This document shows positions 36,693 to 49,634 of a stretch of 64,000 nucleotides of DNA, one piece after another (position 1 is the stretch's first letter; each line of letters opens with the position of its first letter). The DNA comes from Mobula birostris. Taxonomy: Eukaryota. The DNA lies in NCBI RefSeq assembly GCF_030028105.1, contig NC_092370.1, positions 176,586,647 to 176,650,646 of the forward strand, written 5' to 3'. The translations under genes were made by a program, and so were the position numbers. The notes beneath the pieces were generated by a model. That model had not been told where the DNA came from. It saw only the letters and a program-made list of their open reading frames with translations, and ran no database searches.

Positions 36693-37461
36693 GATCAGAA
36701 TATCAAGTTGGGTGAGGTCCCTCGGAGTAAAAGACCTTCTAAATCTGGGGCCAGTGGAAGATTGTAGTACAATTTAAAAACATCATTTCGGTAGTGGCTC
36801 GGCAATTTCAGAAGAATGGAATCTTTGACAAAATTTGAAGGCAGGAATGCAGGCCAAAGGAAGAGTGGAAGAGAACAAGCTCAAAGGTCACTGCCATGTC
36901 ATTGTAAGAGTCCACAAATCAATTGAAAAGCAACAGCTCAATACGAGGAGTTACACTGTTATAATATTAATTTATATTAATTGGGTCTGGCAAAATTGGT
37001 ATGGATAGAGGTGCTGGCATTGTTTAAATTCAATAGTACAACCAATGAGTGCAAGGCTCTTGCTCTTATAAAAGGCTGAAAGGACTAAATCAAACATGGA
37101 TTCTCTAGGAGCTTTGAGAGAGGACTGAATTGCAACGTGACGAATTTCCAAAGCTCTGGAAATCTCTGAAGCATGCTATAGCAAACATTAGTTAAATATT
37201 CACCAAACATTAATTTATTCATGTAAACCCAGTACAGAAGAGGAAGGCTTATTTATTATTATAGACCCAGTTTATTATTGTAAACCCAATAGAGAGGAGT
37301 CAGTGTGATAGGACAGACTGAAAACAGTCATGTCAGAATTGAAGTTAATGAAGATGAATTCAAAAGGATAATAAGATAACTCTGACTTCAAAGATGATAG
37401 TTGGAAAGAGGAAAGGTCTGGTGAAAAAGTCAGGGTGCAAGGTGCATGAAGACAGAAGTAT

Positions 37462-39200
37462 AAACATAAAACTTAGAACTTAGAAAATCTACAGCACATT
37501 ACAGGCCATTCGGCCCACAATGTTGTGCTGACCATGTAACCTGCTCTAGAAGCTGCCTAGAATTTCCCTACCACATTGCCTTCTATTTTTCTAAGCTCCA
37601 TGTGCTTACCTAAGAGTCTCTTAAAAGACCCTTTTGTATCCCTTCGCTGGCAGTGCATTCCATGCACCCATCACTCTCTGGGTTAAAAACTTACCTCTGA
37701 CATCCCCCTTGTACCTACTTCCAAGCACCTTAAAACTATGCCCCCTCGTGTTAGCCATTTCAGCCCTTGGAAAAAAGCCTCTGGCTATCCACATGATCAA
37801 TGCATCTCACCATCTTATACATCTCTCATCCTCCATCGCTCCGAGGAGAAAAGACCAAGTTCATTCAACATGAGACATGTTCTCCAATCCAGGTAACATC
37901 CTTGTAAACCTCCTCTGCACTGTCACTATAGCATCAACATTCTTCCTGTAATGAGGTAACCAGAACTGAAAACAGTTTTCCAAGTGGGGTCTAGCTAACA
38001 TCTTATATAGCTGTAACATTACCACATGCTCTTGAACTCAATCCCACAGTTGATGAAAGCCAACACATCATATACCTTCTTAACAACACTGTCAACCTAC
38101 GTAGCAGCTTTGAGGGTCATATGGACATGCACCCCAAGATCTCGCTGATCCTTCACTGTCAACAGTCTTAATATTAATATTATATTATGTCTTCAGATTT
38201 GACCTACCGAAATAAATCACTTCTCACTTATCTGGGTTGAACTCCATCTACCACTTCTCAGCCCAGTTCTGCATCCTATCGATGTCCCGCTGTAACCTCT
38301 GACAACCTTCAGACTATCCACAACACCCATAACTTTTGTGTTATCAGCAGCCTTACTAATCCACCCTTCTACTTCCTCATCCAGGTCATTTATGAAACTC
38401 AAAAAAAGGAGGGGTCCCAGAACAGATCCCTGCAGAACACCACTGGGCACTGTCCTCCATGCAGAATACAAACCATCCACAGCCACCCTTTGCCTTCTGT
38501 GGTCAAGTGAATTCTGGATCCACAAAGCAAGGTCTTCTTGGATTCCATGGCTTATCACTTTCTGAATGAACCTCGCATAGGGAACCTTATCAAGTGCCTT
38601 ACTGAAATCCATATACACTACATCCACTGCTCTACCTTCATCCACTACCTCCAAATTGCTCTCTCACTGAGAGATCTGACACCTGACCAGATTCATTTCC
38701 CAATACCAGATCAAGTACAGCCTCTTCTCTAGTTGGCTTATCTACATATTACATCTGGAAACCTTCCTGAACACACCTAACAAGCTCCACCCCATCTAAA
38801 CCCCTTGCTCTAAGGAGATGTCTGTCAATATTAAGAAAGCTATAATCACTCATCACAACAACCTTATTATTATTGCACCATTCCAGAATCTGCCTCCCTA
38901 TCTGCTCCTCGATGTTTCTGTTACTATAGGGGGTCTATAAAAAACACCCAGTGGAGTATTGCCCCCTTCCCGTTTCTGACTTCCACCCATAATGACTCAG
39001 TAGACAATCCCTCCTTTTCTGCAGCCATGATACTATCTCTGATTAGCAGTGCCACTCCCTCACCTCTTTTGCCTCCCTCACAGTCCTTCTTACCCCTGAG
39101 TCATCCAAATCTCTGTAGTGGCCACATCATAGTTCCATGTATTGATCCAGGCTCTAAGTTTATCCGCCTTGCTCATGATATTCCTTACATTAAACTAGCC
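37462..39200 (-). mobile_element. CR1 LINE with large internal deletion (endonuclease start joined to RT)
   Basis: ORF 38217-38654 VDVVYMDFSKALDKVP...SGVLQGSVLGP; short tandem tail at 37462-37485. Confidence 0.9.
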
Positions 39201-41479
39201 AAATCTCAAACCATTTGGCTGAGTCCATAAAGGTAGAAAGATTTACAAAGCATGTCATGACTTTGTCTTTTTCCTTGCTGTTAATTTGGACAAACATTGC
39301 CTTTGGTACTTCACAAGGAGACTTGTACAATTGGAGCCATACTTAAATTCCATGTGTTGATTTATTTCCTTTTAATTGTAATATCTTTTTCACTTTAATC
39401 ATGCATTGCATTTACATTGTTCAGAGAGTATGGTGCATTATGCAAAGTGTATTATAATAATGGGTGTACTTTAATGAATGATTGGGTCTGTATACATTCT
39501 GGTAGGCTGATTTCAGGACTAGAGTGTTTTTTTTTATTTGTTACACCAGAATCCCTTTGGGTTTATCAACAAAGCTTTAAGAGTTATCCTACGAAAAAAT
39601 ATCTAGAAATTAAACACTTGGTGTGCAACATGGAAAAGACTGATTTAAGTTTGAATAATTGTCATAGCAAAAATACACACAATTTTAAAAGCTTGTAACT
39701 AAATAAGTCTTCCTTTTGCCAAGGATAATAATCTCAATTTCCCCTATTGCTCCACATGATGGAAGTCCCTCATTCCTGCTGCCTTTTTAGTAAGCTACCT
39801 TAGCACCCTATCCAAAGTCTTGATATCCTTCTCAAAGGATCATGCCCAGAATCAGGCAAAAACCAATGACTATAGTTCAGCAGAATTATAGTATTTATGT
39901 TGCTATTTCAATACTCAGGAACCTGGTATGTTTTTCTAATTACAATATTAATGATCATACAAAGATTATTGTTTATATTAACCAAAAGATCTCACTTTTG
40001 TTATACTGCTTTGTTAAATTATGCTAGTTTGATGAAGTATTTGACAAAACAAATTATTTTCATTTATTTTATATACATGTTATTGAAGCTCTGAAGTTCT
40101 CCAAACTCCTTAGTATGTTTCATTAGAAATAACCAAGCTGGTTGATAACCAAGTTATGGTTTAGGAAAAGGTATATAAAAATCAGTCAATATAGTCTGAT
40201 GTCAAATAATTTACTACCTATTTCCATGCTGATGTTTGTCAAATAATATGCATCTATTATTTCAAAAGAAACTGTTAATTTATAAATATGTTAATTATTA
40301 GGAGAGTTCTCAGGATATTAAACTTATGTGAATGTAGTGAATCGTTTCAAAGCAGATTTGAGCCAGATAGAGATTTTCTTATTTTTATATAGGACAGCTC
40401 ATGAAGGAGAAACATAACAAAGCTAATTGTACATCTGTTCCTGCTGCCAAAGGCAGTGCCTGGCAACAGACTGCAAAGGAATTAAAGCTTGACCATTCCC
40501 ATGCTGAGCAGAAGAGGAAGGGACAGAATAACCCCCTGCCTGTTTGTGGTGTCTCATGGGCCACTGATCATGAAGTAGTTGGAGACATAGTGCGTTGAAC
40601 ATTTTGATGATGATTCTTGGTATGTGTAAATTCACTTGCATAACAAAATGTGTTTGTGTGAGAGAGTGAGGAAGGACTGCAGGTGCTAATTCTATAGCCT
40701 AACACTTTCTGTCTTTTCACTCTCTGAGATTTCATGGAAGGGCAGAGCCTTCCTTGTGCCTAAGTAATTATACAAGCGCAGGAGAAGCATAGTTTCCAAG
40801 GTCTGGTATTTCTTTCTTAACATCCCAGTTGCTTCTTTGTTTCTTGAAGCTATTTGACACCCCAAATGTTCCACACTGTAGTTACAATTGAAGTTGCTGC
40901 TTTATAACAAGACATACTTAGCTGAAATGTATGCTTTAACCAGAATAAGCATCAGAACATTTAAGAAAGACACTAATTGCTTTTAGTGAAAAATAAACTT
41001 GTGTATTTTTTTCTTGAAAACAGTAATTTAAGTACATAGCTTCTTCTGATATGAGGCTTCAGTCTACTTTTGGTTTTGTGATCTGATGTTTGGTTTGCTT
41101 ATAGGTATTACAAATTTACAGGTATAAATAAATTAAGATTAATAATTGCAAAAAATGACAAGATTCTTTGTGTATGAATCCTGCTACATGTTAACTCCTG
41201 CTATATTTTCAACAATATGTTTGGATTCCAAAGTAATGTAACTAATGATCATACTGCCCCACATTTATCTAGCATAATTTAGCACTGTTTATTGGGATTA
41301 ATGAACTTTTGAGAGCCAAAAAGATTATTTTTAAAATACTTTGTATTAAATAGTCATGTAAAAACAAAAGATGTTATATTTAATTGTTCTCAAGAGCTCA
41401 TTTCTGGTTCTCTTTCTGTATGTTAATGCTGTATTGAATGATGTGCATGGTTACAGATCCAGACTCTGATGCAGAGTTA

Positions 41480-41820
41480 ATGCCCAAAAATGCAAAGGAA
41501 AGATATAGATATCAGGACACATGCAAACAAAAACAACCTGTAAAGCAAAGCAGGGCTACAAATGATCAAGGTATGTAAAAAGAAAATATTGAGGTATTGT
41601 GCAGACTTACAATTAACAAAATGCAAGTCAGAATAGGATATGGCCAGCAATGGATGCTCTAGGAAACCTCACAGTTAGTGACAGCAAAATGGCAAAAATA
41701 TGGAATTATTTCTTTGCCTGGGTATTTACTGTTGAGATCACCAAAGATACAGATTTAAAGTGGTACTATGGAGATAATTTAAAAAAATCAAATTAGAGAG
41801 GGTCAAATTCCTGATCCAAA
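41480..41820 (+). mobile_element. Ancient CR1 remnant (continues ~43070-43680)
   Basis: Decayed INKMQVRIG..P.MDALGNL...DSKMA...YFFA.VFT.E motif. Confidence 0.55.
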
Positions 41821-42965
41821 ATCAGAATCAGAATCAGGTCTATTAACTCTCATGTTTTGTGGCCATAGTACAGTGCAAAGGCATAAAAAAAATCTATCAA
41901 TTACAAAAAATAGTTATGTCGGCTGGGGAAAGTACACACTCAGGATAACAAAAACTTTTTCGGGTTTTAATTCCTTTATCGGTTTTCGATGTTTAAGTGC
42001 CAGTAGAGGGTCGCGAAACAAAACGAACGAATTTACAACCAGTTCTTGTTGTTACAATCTCAGTTTAACTTTCGATCCACACCCTTGTGTACGGACAGAA
42101 TTGCGTATGCAGTGTAAAAAACACCAGAACTAATACGGTACTAATACGGTAGTGGCAATCCTGAAGGAACACAATACAAACAACATTAGAATCCCACCCA
42201 CCCTGCATCTTATACATAACAGCGAAAAATGTAAGCGAATACATCTCATCTAAGACATACACACGTGCTGAACTTCTGAACAGAGACTAAACATTCACGT
42301 TACACGGTTACATGCACAATCAGTCCCAATACAATAAAGTTAGACAAAAGGTACACTTTGGCACAACTTTTACAAGGTGTTGCCTGGTAGTTAAATTACA
42401 GGAAGACTGACCTACTTGGATGATGAGGAACTTTGCCCAAGCCACGCGATCCAGTGTTGAGTCATCCACTCGAGAAAATGTAAAGCATCCACATGTAAAA
42501 CATGTCAAGTTACCGACATTCGCAATTCGCCAGCAAGAATAAATGAATTCACATGGATATCGTCAAGTAATGGTCACCTTTCCTCACCACGCCCAGCACA
42601 CTCTGGGAGAGACCAGATTCCAACGCCCCACCAGCGTCTTCAGCAGAAACAAAATGGTCTCCCCACTATCCTGTGCATGTGTAATGACATCACAGTCTCC
42701 CTTAAAGGCACAGACAACTATTCTAGCATTACCTGGATGAATGTCTAAGTACACTTTTAACGATACTGAATAAGACCCAATGGTTACCTGGTTACAGGTA
42801 AATAGTGTAAAAAAGGGGAATAATGAGGTAGTGTTCATGGACTTTTCAGAGATCTGATGGCAGAGGAAGAGAAGTTATGTTTAAATGTTGAGTGTGGCTC
42901 TTGAGTTTACTGTACCTCCTCCCTGATGGTAGTATTGAGAAGAGGGCGTGTCCTAGGTGGTGAAG
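41820..42965 (-). mobile_element. Rex1 3' end fragment split by a solo LTR
   Basis: (ctgatt)n tail at 41820-41836; HHLGHALFSILPSGRRY at 42900-42965. Confidence 0.75.
41917..42796 (-). mobile_element. Probable solo LTR (880 bp)
   Basis: TG...CA termini; flanks gtta/ggta (4-bp TSD, 1 mismatch); minus-strand TATATAA near 42212 and ATTAAA near 41968; interrupts a Rex1 3' UTR. Confidence 0.65.
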
Positions 42966-42973
42966 GTCTAGAT

Positions 42974-43053
42974 CAGGGGTTCCCAAACTGGGTTCCATAG
43001 ACCCCTTGCTTAATGATATCAGTCTTTGGCATGACAAAGATTGGGACCCCCTG
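42974..43053. mobile_element. 80-bp hAT (Charlie-type) MITE
   Basis: TIRs caggggttcccaa / ttgggaccccctg; perfect 8-bp TSD gtctagat (42966-42973, 43054-43061) matching the NTCTAGAN preference. Confidence 0.9.
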
Positions 43054-43521
43054 GTCTAGATTAATTTCATTCACATTTAGAAGGAAGCTTGAGGAGGGAG
43101 GAAATTGGCAAATCTACAAGTAGCACCCACTAGAAAATAGTACCAAAAACTAGCTCAAATAACAAAAACATATGAAAACATAAAATATAAAAAGGGTCTC
43201 AGCAAAGATTTACATAAACACAACCATGCTTATTGAAACTCTTGAAAAAGTAACAGTGAGTTGCCAAGGCTAGTTTGGTAGTTGGCGACATAACAGAAAA
43301 TAAATATGTTGGGTCAAATGTAGTTACTTAGACTAGCAAAGGTGGAAAGCAGTTTTCCACCAGTACTGGTGTTAAGGCTACAATTGTACAAAAATGCATT
43401 GAGATCTAAGGGCAGGAAGTACAATATCATAAGATTGTAACAAAATAAAAGAGAGCATTAATGAATTTTCAGTTGGTGTTTTTATTGCAAATTACATTTA
43501 AACTGGATAAATGTGAGATAG

Positions 43522-43622
43522 CAACATACATCAAAGTTGCTGGTGAACGCAGCAGGCCAGGCAGCATCTGTAGGGAGAGGTGCAGTTGACGTTTCAGGCC
43601 GAGACCCTTCGTCAGGACTAAG
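43522..43622 (-). mobile_element. 101-bp Penelope pLTR fragment with hammerhead ribozyme
   Basis: Minus strand agtc-CTGACGA-agggtctcggcct-GAAA-cgtc-aact; 10-bp TSD tgtgagatag (43512-43521, 43623-43632). Confidence 0.88.
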
Positions 43623-45769
43623 TGTGAGATAGTACATTTTTCTGGGAAGAATAAAGATTAGGCTAGACCTGGATTAATAAAACCAAAACATATTTTAACC
43701 TTGGTAGAAATCGCATAACTATCAACATTTTGTGTCATTTAACCTGTAAGGAAAGGAATGGGGTATATTACATCATGTACCGAACTGGCATTTTGTTGAC
43801 ATTCCTTATGATGAGGATGCAAGGGGATGTTAATTTCTGTCTTTAATATTACTCCATCTAACCATTACTCAAGAAGTGTTCCAAGATCGCTAGCGTCATC
43901 TTTTTATCTCTTTGTTATAAAAGACCCTCATTGCAGCATTGCCTGAAGAAGCACGGGATAAAGCTCTTGCTTTGGCCTTCCTCCTGTCAATATTTGAGGA
44001 GAGAAAATTGCAAGAATTTCGAGATGCCTTCAGTTCAAGTTCCCAAAGCTATTTCCACCTTTTCTTACCATTTATAGCTCGTAGTACAAGACCCAACAAT
44101 GGTGCTTTTCTTATGTTGTGAGCTTCCTGGCTAATGACTGTGGTCAACAAATTCAGATATTCTCTGGTCTGAGTCGGGATTGTGGACATTTATTTTTAAT
44201 TGTGTGTTGTGATTGTTGGTGAGAAGGCTAGCACTAATTGCTTCCCCCGCTTGCCTCTGAGTGGCAATTTCAGATAGAAGTTAAGCATTGGCATGTGACT
44301 GGAGTTGTATACTGTCCAGATCAAGGTAGGATAAACACATTTCCTTCTCTAAAAAGTATCGGGAAACCAATAGAAATTTCCCAAAGTCTTTTGCATTCTC
44401 ATTGATGTTGCAGTCTGCTGACTTAGAAGGCTGCACAAGTATATGTTGTTGCACAATCAGATTTGGCTAGCAAATTCATGCTGCAAATATCTCTCCAGAT
44501 GTAGGCAATGTATTGGAACCAGATTGGTGCCTGTAGGTCATAAATGCAAATCTACTTGGTTTAGGGGATTAAAGGATTCTGATTTTATTCTCTAATTACC
44601 ACAAACCAGAGTGCATAAATAACCCAAATACCTTTTGACAATTTTAAATACCGGTAGAATCAATAGTGAGTACCATTCATTCTCTCTGACCAGACCATCT
44701 GAGCCAACAACAACATTTGGAAATAAAAGTAGTATTGATTTAATTTTGTAATATGGCAAATTAGTTTTAGATTGTTTTGAAAATATTACAAATTAATGAG
44801 AAAAGTTTATAGGTTAATAAGTTAAGCTAACATGAACATTTATTTATTTACCATTTCTCCCAGAGGTTAGTTGGCAGAAAGCAACCTGTCATATATTCTA
44901 AAATTCTAACTAATACATGTAAGCATATGAATAAATACAGCAACATTTTGTTATTTGCTTGAAACCATTCATTCTATAGGTGCCTCCCTGTCTTGCTTGA
45001 CAATAATATCTTACAGTTTAAATGAAATGTCTTTCTTTCCTCATGTTAACAGCCATACACATTTACAAGTAGCAGTGTTCTGTGCTTACAGTTTAAGGAT
45101 TAATGATATTTATATATCCAGCAGTGGGTTACAAAGCAGAATGTTATTCAACAATATATTCTTAGAACAGAACAGCTTATAATTAACTGTTATGGAATGG
45201 TGGTGAAAATTGCAGCCCATAAAACTCACCATGGAATAAGACAAAACTTTAAAAGCTATTTAAATTACTTCTGTCATTTTAGAGTAATAGGTTAAAATAG
45301 GAGGCAGAAGTAAACAGTGAGAGTCATACAAATCACATTTTTGCTCTTGGAAAAATTAGTTTAATTTATGAGAAGTTTCTGGAGTGAAAGCCCCACAGTC
45401 TCTGCACCCATTACTCTTTAATTCCAGCATCTTCAGACAGAGCAGTGTTCAGTCCCATAACTCCAGAGCTTTCGCATATCTTGACACCCACACCCCTCTG
45501 GATCAAAAACATCTTACAAAGCATCCAGGGCTAAGTCCCAACACCAAGGCTATCCTAGATTAACTTCTCCTCAGGACTTTTAAAACAGCATGGGTACAAC
45601 AACTTACTTTAAAGGCCAGCTGAAGCTATTCCAGATCTGCCCAGAAGAAATCACATATCTTCTAGTCCAGATGAATCCATTTCAGGTCTTCCAGGTCTAT
45701 GCTTAAGCAATCACTTACCCTTCAGGCCAGGCCGCTCCTCTTAAGAACTGATTGGATGCAGCCACATAC

Positions 45770-47295
45770 CTCAGAAGTGTGGTAGAAGGGTTGGGTTGTA
45801 GGTAAGGCTAAAACAATATGGGTTCAAGTCCTCTCTCCCTAGCATACTACTAGCTAAAGTTCAGGCCACCAAGAACAAGGTTATTAATCTAAGAGTGAGA
45901 ATGACCTACCAAAGGGAACTGAGAGACTGCTCTGTGCTATGTTTCATGGAAACATTGTTTATATCTGCATTGCCTGTCTACACTGTACAGTGTGGTGGTT
46001 TCTCAGTTCGTGGATTGAACCACATGGCATTTTCTGGCAAACTTATGGGTGGACAGGTCTGTTTCGTAAACAACTCCTCATGGTGCTTGGATATGACGGT
46101 CTGGCGAGTTCCTGATAATGCAACCTGGAAGACCTAACAGTAAAATGTTACCAATATTACCTGTCATGGAGTTCACTTCAACTGCTTTGACGTCAATACA
46201 TCTGAGAGAACTCACCAGCAAACTCCAAATGGTGGGACTCAACACCTCCCTTTGCAATTGGGTCTTTGACTTTCTGACCAACAACTGCAGTCAGTAAAGA
46301 TGGGTAGCAACACCTCCATCACAATTATTCACAACACTGGTACGCCACAAGGCTGCAACCTCAGACCCTTATTCAAACTGTTTGGCCAGATTTTACTCTA
46401 ACTCTATCCAGAAGTTTGCAGATGATGCCACCATAGCGGACTTTATCTGAAAGAACAAAGTGAGTTGGAGTACAGGAAGGAGCTTAGTGATACGGTGCCA
46501 TGATAACAAACTTTCTCTCAATGTCAGCAACAAAAAAACGTTGCTCATTGACGTCAGGAAAGGGGAGGTGTGTGTACATCAGTGGTGCTAAGGTCAGGAG
46601 GGTGAGAGTTTCAGTTTCCTAGGAGTGAACATCATTAATAGCCTGTCCTGGTCCAATCACATTGATGCCATGGCCAAACTTACCAGTGCCTCCATTTTTT
46701 CAAAAGGCTAAAGAACTTTTCAAGTACTCTTTCTACCCTTACCAAATTTTATCAATGCACTATAGAAAGGATCCTATCGAATGCATCACAGCTGGCTATG
46801 GCAACTATAGTGGCATCATATGCAAACTTGACTGCAAGAAACTGCAGATTTGTGAATACAGCATACATATCACAGAATACAGCCTCCCTTTTATGTAATC
46901 TGTCTCTACTTCTTGCTGCCTTGGTAAAGAAGCCAGCATAATCAAAGATCCCACCTACTCTGAACACTCTCTCTTCTCCTTCTCCTATTATGCAGAAGAC
47001 GCAAAAGCCTGAAAACACAAACCACCAGGCTCAAGGATGGTTTCTATCCCACTGTCATTAGATTATTGAATGGTTCCCTAGTACAACAAGATGGAATCTT
47101 TAGACCTCATTGTGACCTTGAACTTTACCGACTACCTGCATGGAAATTTCTCTTTATCCATAATACTTTATTCTGTGTTCTTTTATTGTTTTACTTTGTA
47201 TACCTCAATGGTCTGTTGTAATGAATTTATCTGTATAGGACTAAGATAGGTTTTTCATTGTAACTCAGAACAATGAACGACAGTAAACCAATTTA
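45770..47295 (+). mobile_element. Old, internally deleted Rex1/Babar LINE
   Basis: RELRDCSVLCFMET; GTPQGC; KFADDATI; 3' end. Confidence 0.8.
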
Positions 47296-47634
47296 ATAAT
47301 ATCAAAACCATTTGTCACTGTGAACAGAGATACCATTATTTGAATTATTAAACTGAGACCCCTCTCTGCTTTCTATGGTGGAAGTTCTCTGAAGCTCAGT
47401 TGTTCAAGCTATATCACCTAAAGAGATGTTTTTCAAGGAAGTGGGTATTGCTGGTAAGGCCAGTTTGTATTTTCCACCCATTGTTGGCCTGGAAAGGTGC
47501 AGGTTAGCTATCACCGTACATCACTAGAGTTATTAAGGGAAAGATGTCCTCCTACAAGAATGAAGAAGAAGGTACTAGTATTTAATTAGAGGCTAAATAT
47601 TTCCAAGTCAGTCAGGCATGTGAGTTGAAGGGGA

Positions 47635-48240
47635 ACACACACAAAATATAGGAGGAACTCAGCAAGTCAGGCACTCGTCTATGGAAAGGAGTAAGCAATC
47701 AACGTTTTGTTTCAAGACCCTTCATTAGGACTGAAAAGGAAAGGTGCAGAAGCCAGAATAAGAAATTGGGGTGCAGGACGCAATACAAGCTAGCGGATAG
47801 TAGGTAAGACTAGGTGAGGGGAGTAGATGTGTGGGTGGGGGGAGGTGGGATGAAGAAAGAAGCTGGGAGAAGTAGGCAGATGAGATAAAGGCTGAAGAAG
47901 AAGGAATATTACAGGAGAGAACAACAGTGGACCATAGAAGAAAGGGAAGGAGAAGGGACATCAGGGGGAGGTGATGGGCAGGTGAGGTGTGTGAGGGTAA
48001 CCAGACAGGGATAGGATTCCCTTGTACTTAACTACTTCCCCATAAGCATCAGTATCCAGCACATCATTCTCTGTAATTTCTACATTCTCAAATGGGATCC
48101 TACCGCTAACCCCATCTATCTCTTCCCTCTCCCCCGCCTCCACTTTCGATAGAGATTCCCTTGTTCACTCATCCATTGTCAATGATCTCCCTCCTGGCAC
48201 TTAGTCCTGCAAAGATGTCAAGTGCCATACCTGCACCATC
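47635..48240. mobile_element. Old Penelope fragments in inverted arrangement, inserted into an ancient LINE 3' end
   Basis: Minus-strand pLTR-like region with decayed hammerhead (47697-47733), then plus-strand RDRIPLVL...PGT..C...CHTC. Confidence 0.65.
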
Positions 48241-48789
48241 TCTTGTGTTTATGATTTGGAAGGGAAATTATTGGTGGTCGAGTTGTCTTGTGTCTTCTTC
48301 CTTTAGCCTTCTACATTAAAGTAATGAAAAGTGGCTTTGAGAGGTGCATTGGAAGAAGGTTTGGTGAAGTCTTGCATTACATTTTGTTGGTAGTATATAA
48401 TATAGCCCTATGTTGTGAATGTGTAAGGTAATGGATGCATGTAGGGTGAATTTGTGAGTAACGTTGAAGCACTTTTTGGCTAGGCAAATAGAAAATATTT
48501 CTACCTCCTGCAAACTTGTGATTTGTTGTTGTTGTAATGGCTCTGTGAAGTCATGAGGAGTGTTTCTCAACACAGAGTTCTTGCTCTGTACTCTGCAGTA
48601 TCTGTTTGCTGATTCACTTGTATTTCTGGTTAGAAGGTTGGAGTGGGGGACGTAGAACAAAGGTAATATTTAACTTCAAGGATAAATTATTGCAATGTAC
48701 TATGTGTATCTTATGACAGAAGTGAAATATATGCATGAATGAATCTGTCAAATTTTGTATTATAATGGCACAGTACATGCTAATAGTTC

Positions 48790-49230
48790 ATGCCAGAAAT
48801 TTAGATATTTCTTCCATTTTCCTCAAATGTAAATTCTGCTCTGCCACAGTTTCATCCCACCAGCATTCACAAACAAGAAATTGTTCTCTGGAATTTCCAA
48901 CATCTCAACCATGTTGACCATCTCAACCACAATACCTTCATTAAATACATCATTCCTCATCTACTCCCTTTTCAACATTCCAAAGGCATTCCACATGCCT
49001 CTGCCAAACTTCATTTCATTGCCCCATTTTCTCTAGCACATTGACCCGTAAATCAAGACAAGGGTGTAATGCTCGCTGTTTTATCTTCTCCCTTCCCATT
49101 ATCTAGGGCTGCAAACTTTCTTCCCTGGTGAAGCAATAGTTTATTTGTATTTCTTTCTGCTTAGTGCACTGTTATTCATTGCTTGTGATTGCCAAAAATC
49201 TACATAGTTGATAAGCATGAAGACTTTCGT
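48790..49230 (+). mobile_element. Very old Penelope remnant
   Basis: Colinear, decayed similarity to 35590-36070. Confidence 0.4.
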
Positions 49231-49274
49231 ATCCATATGTACGATTCCTTAAAAGTGCTAGACCAAGTTGGTGG

Positions 49275-49557
49275 TCTTCTTCGGCTGTCCATCGATTTTC
49301 GATGATGACTGAGGCCTGGGCAAGGTTGTACGGAAAACCGGGAGTTGCCCGTGCTTCAAGTCTCCCCTCTCCATGCCACCGATGTTGTCCAAGGAAAGGG
49401 CAATAGGACCCATACAGCTTGGCACCGGTGTCATCACAGAGCAATGTGTGGTTAAGTGCCTTGCTCAAGGACACAACAAGCTGCCTCAGCTGAGACTCGA
49501 ACTAGCGACCTTCAGATCACTAAACCGAAGTCTTAACCACTTGGCCACACGCCACAC
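49275..49557 (-). mobile_element. tRNA-derived SINE with CORE-like domain and RTE-type tail
   Basis: A box TGGCCAAGTGG, B box GTTCGAGTC, gtgtccttgagcaaggcacttaacc, gaagaaga tail. Confidence 0.85.
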
Positions 49558-49634
49558 TGGTAGGCATTAAGACCTGTATGGGTTGGTTAGATTTACAAAC
49601 AGAGACAGAGAACATAAAAACAAAGAAATAAGAG

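Noticed and set aside
40392-40598. Short ORF after an AG acceptor (…KGSAWQQTAKEL…), faintly Myb/SANT-like
   Set aside because: No convincing donor site or recognisable homology; too weak to call.
41457-41570. 114-bp exon-like segment (cag|ATCC...CAAG|gtatgt) with open frame DPDSDAELMPKNAKERY...
   Set aside because: Weak polypyrimidine tract, and the sequence reads better as part of a decayed CR1 ORF2 that continues past the apparent donor site.
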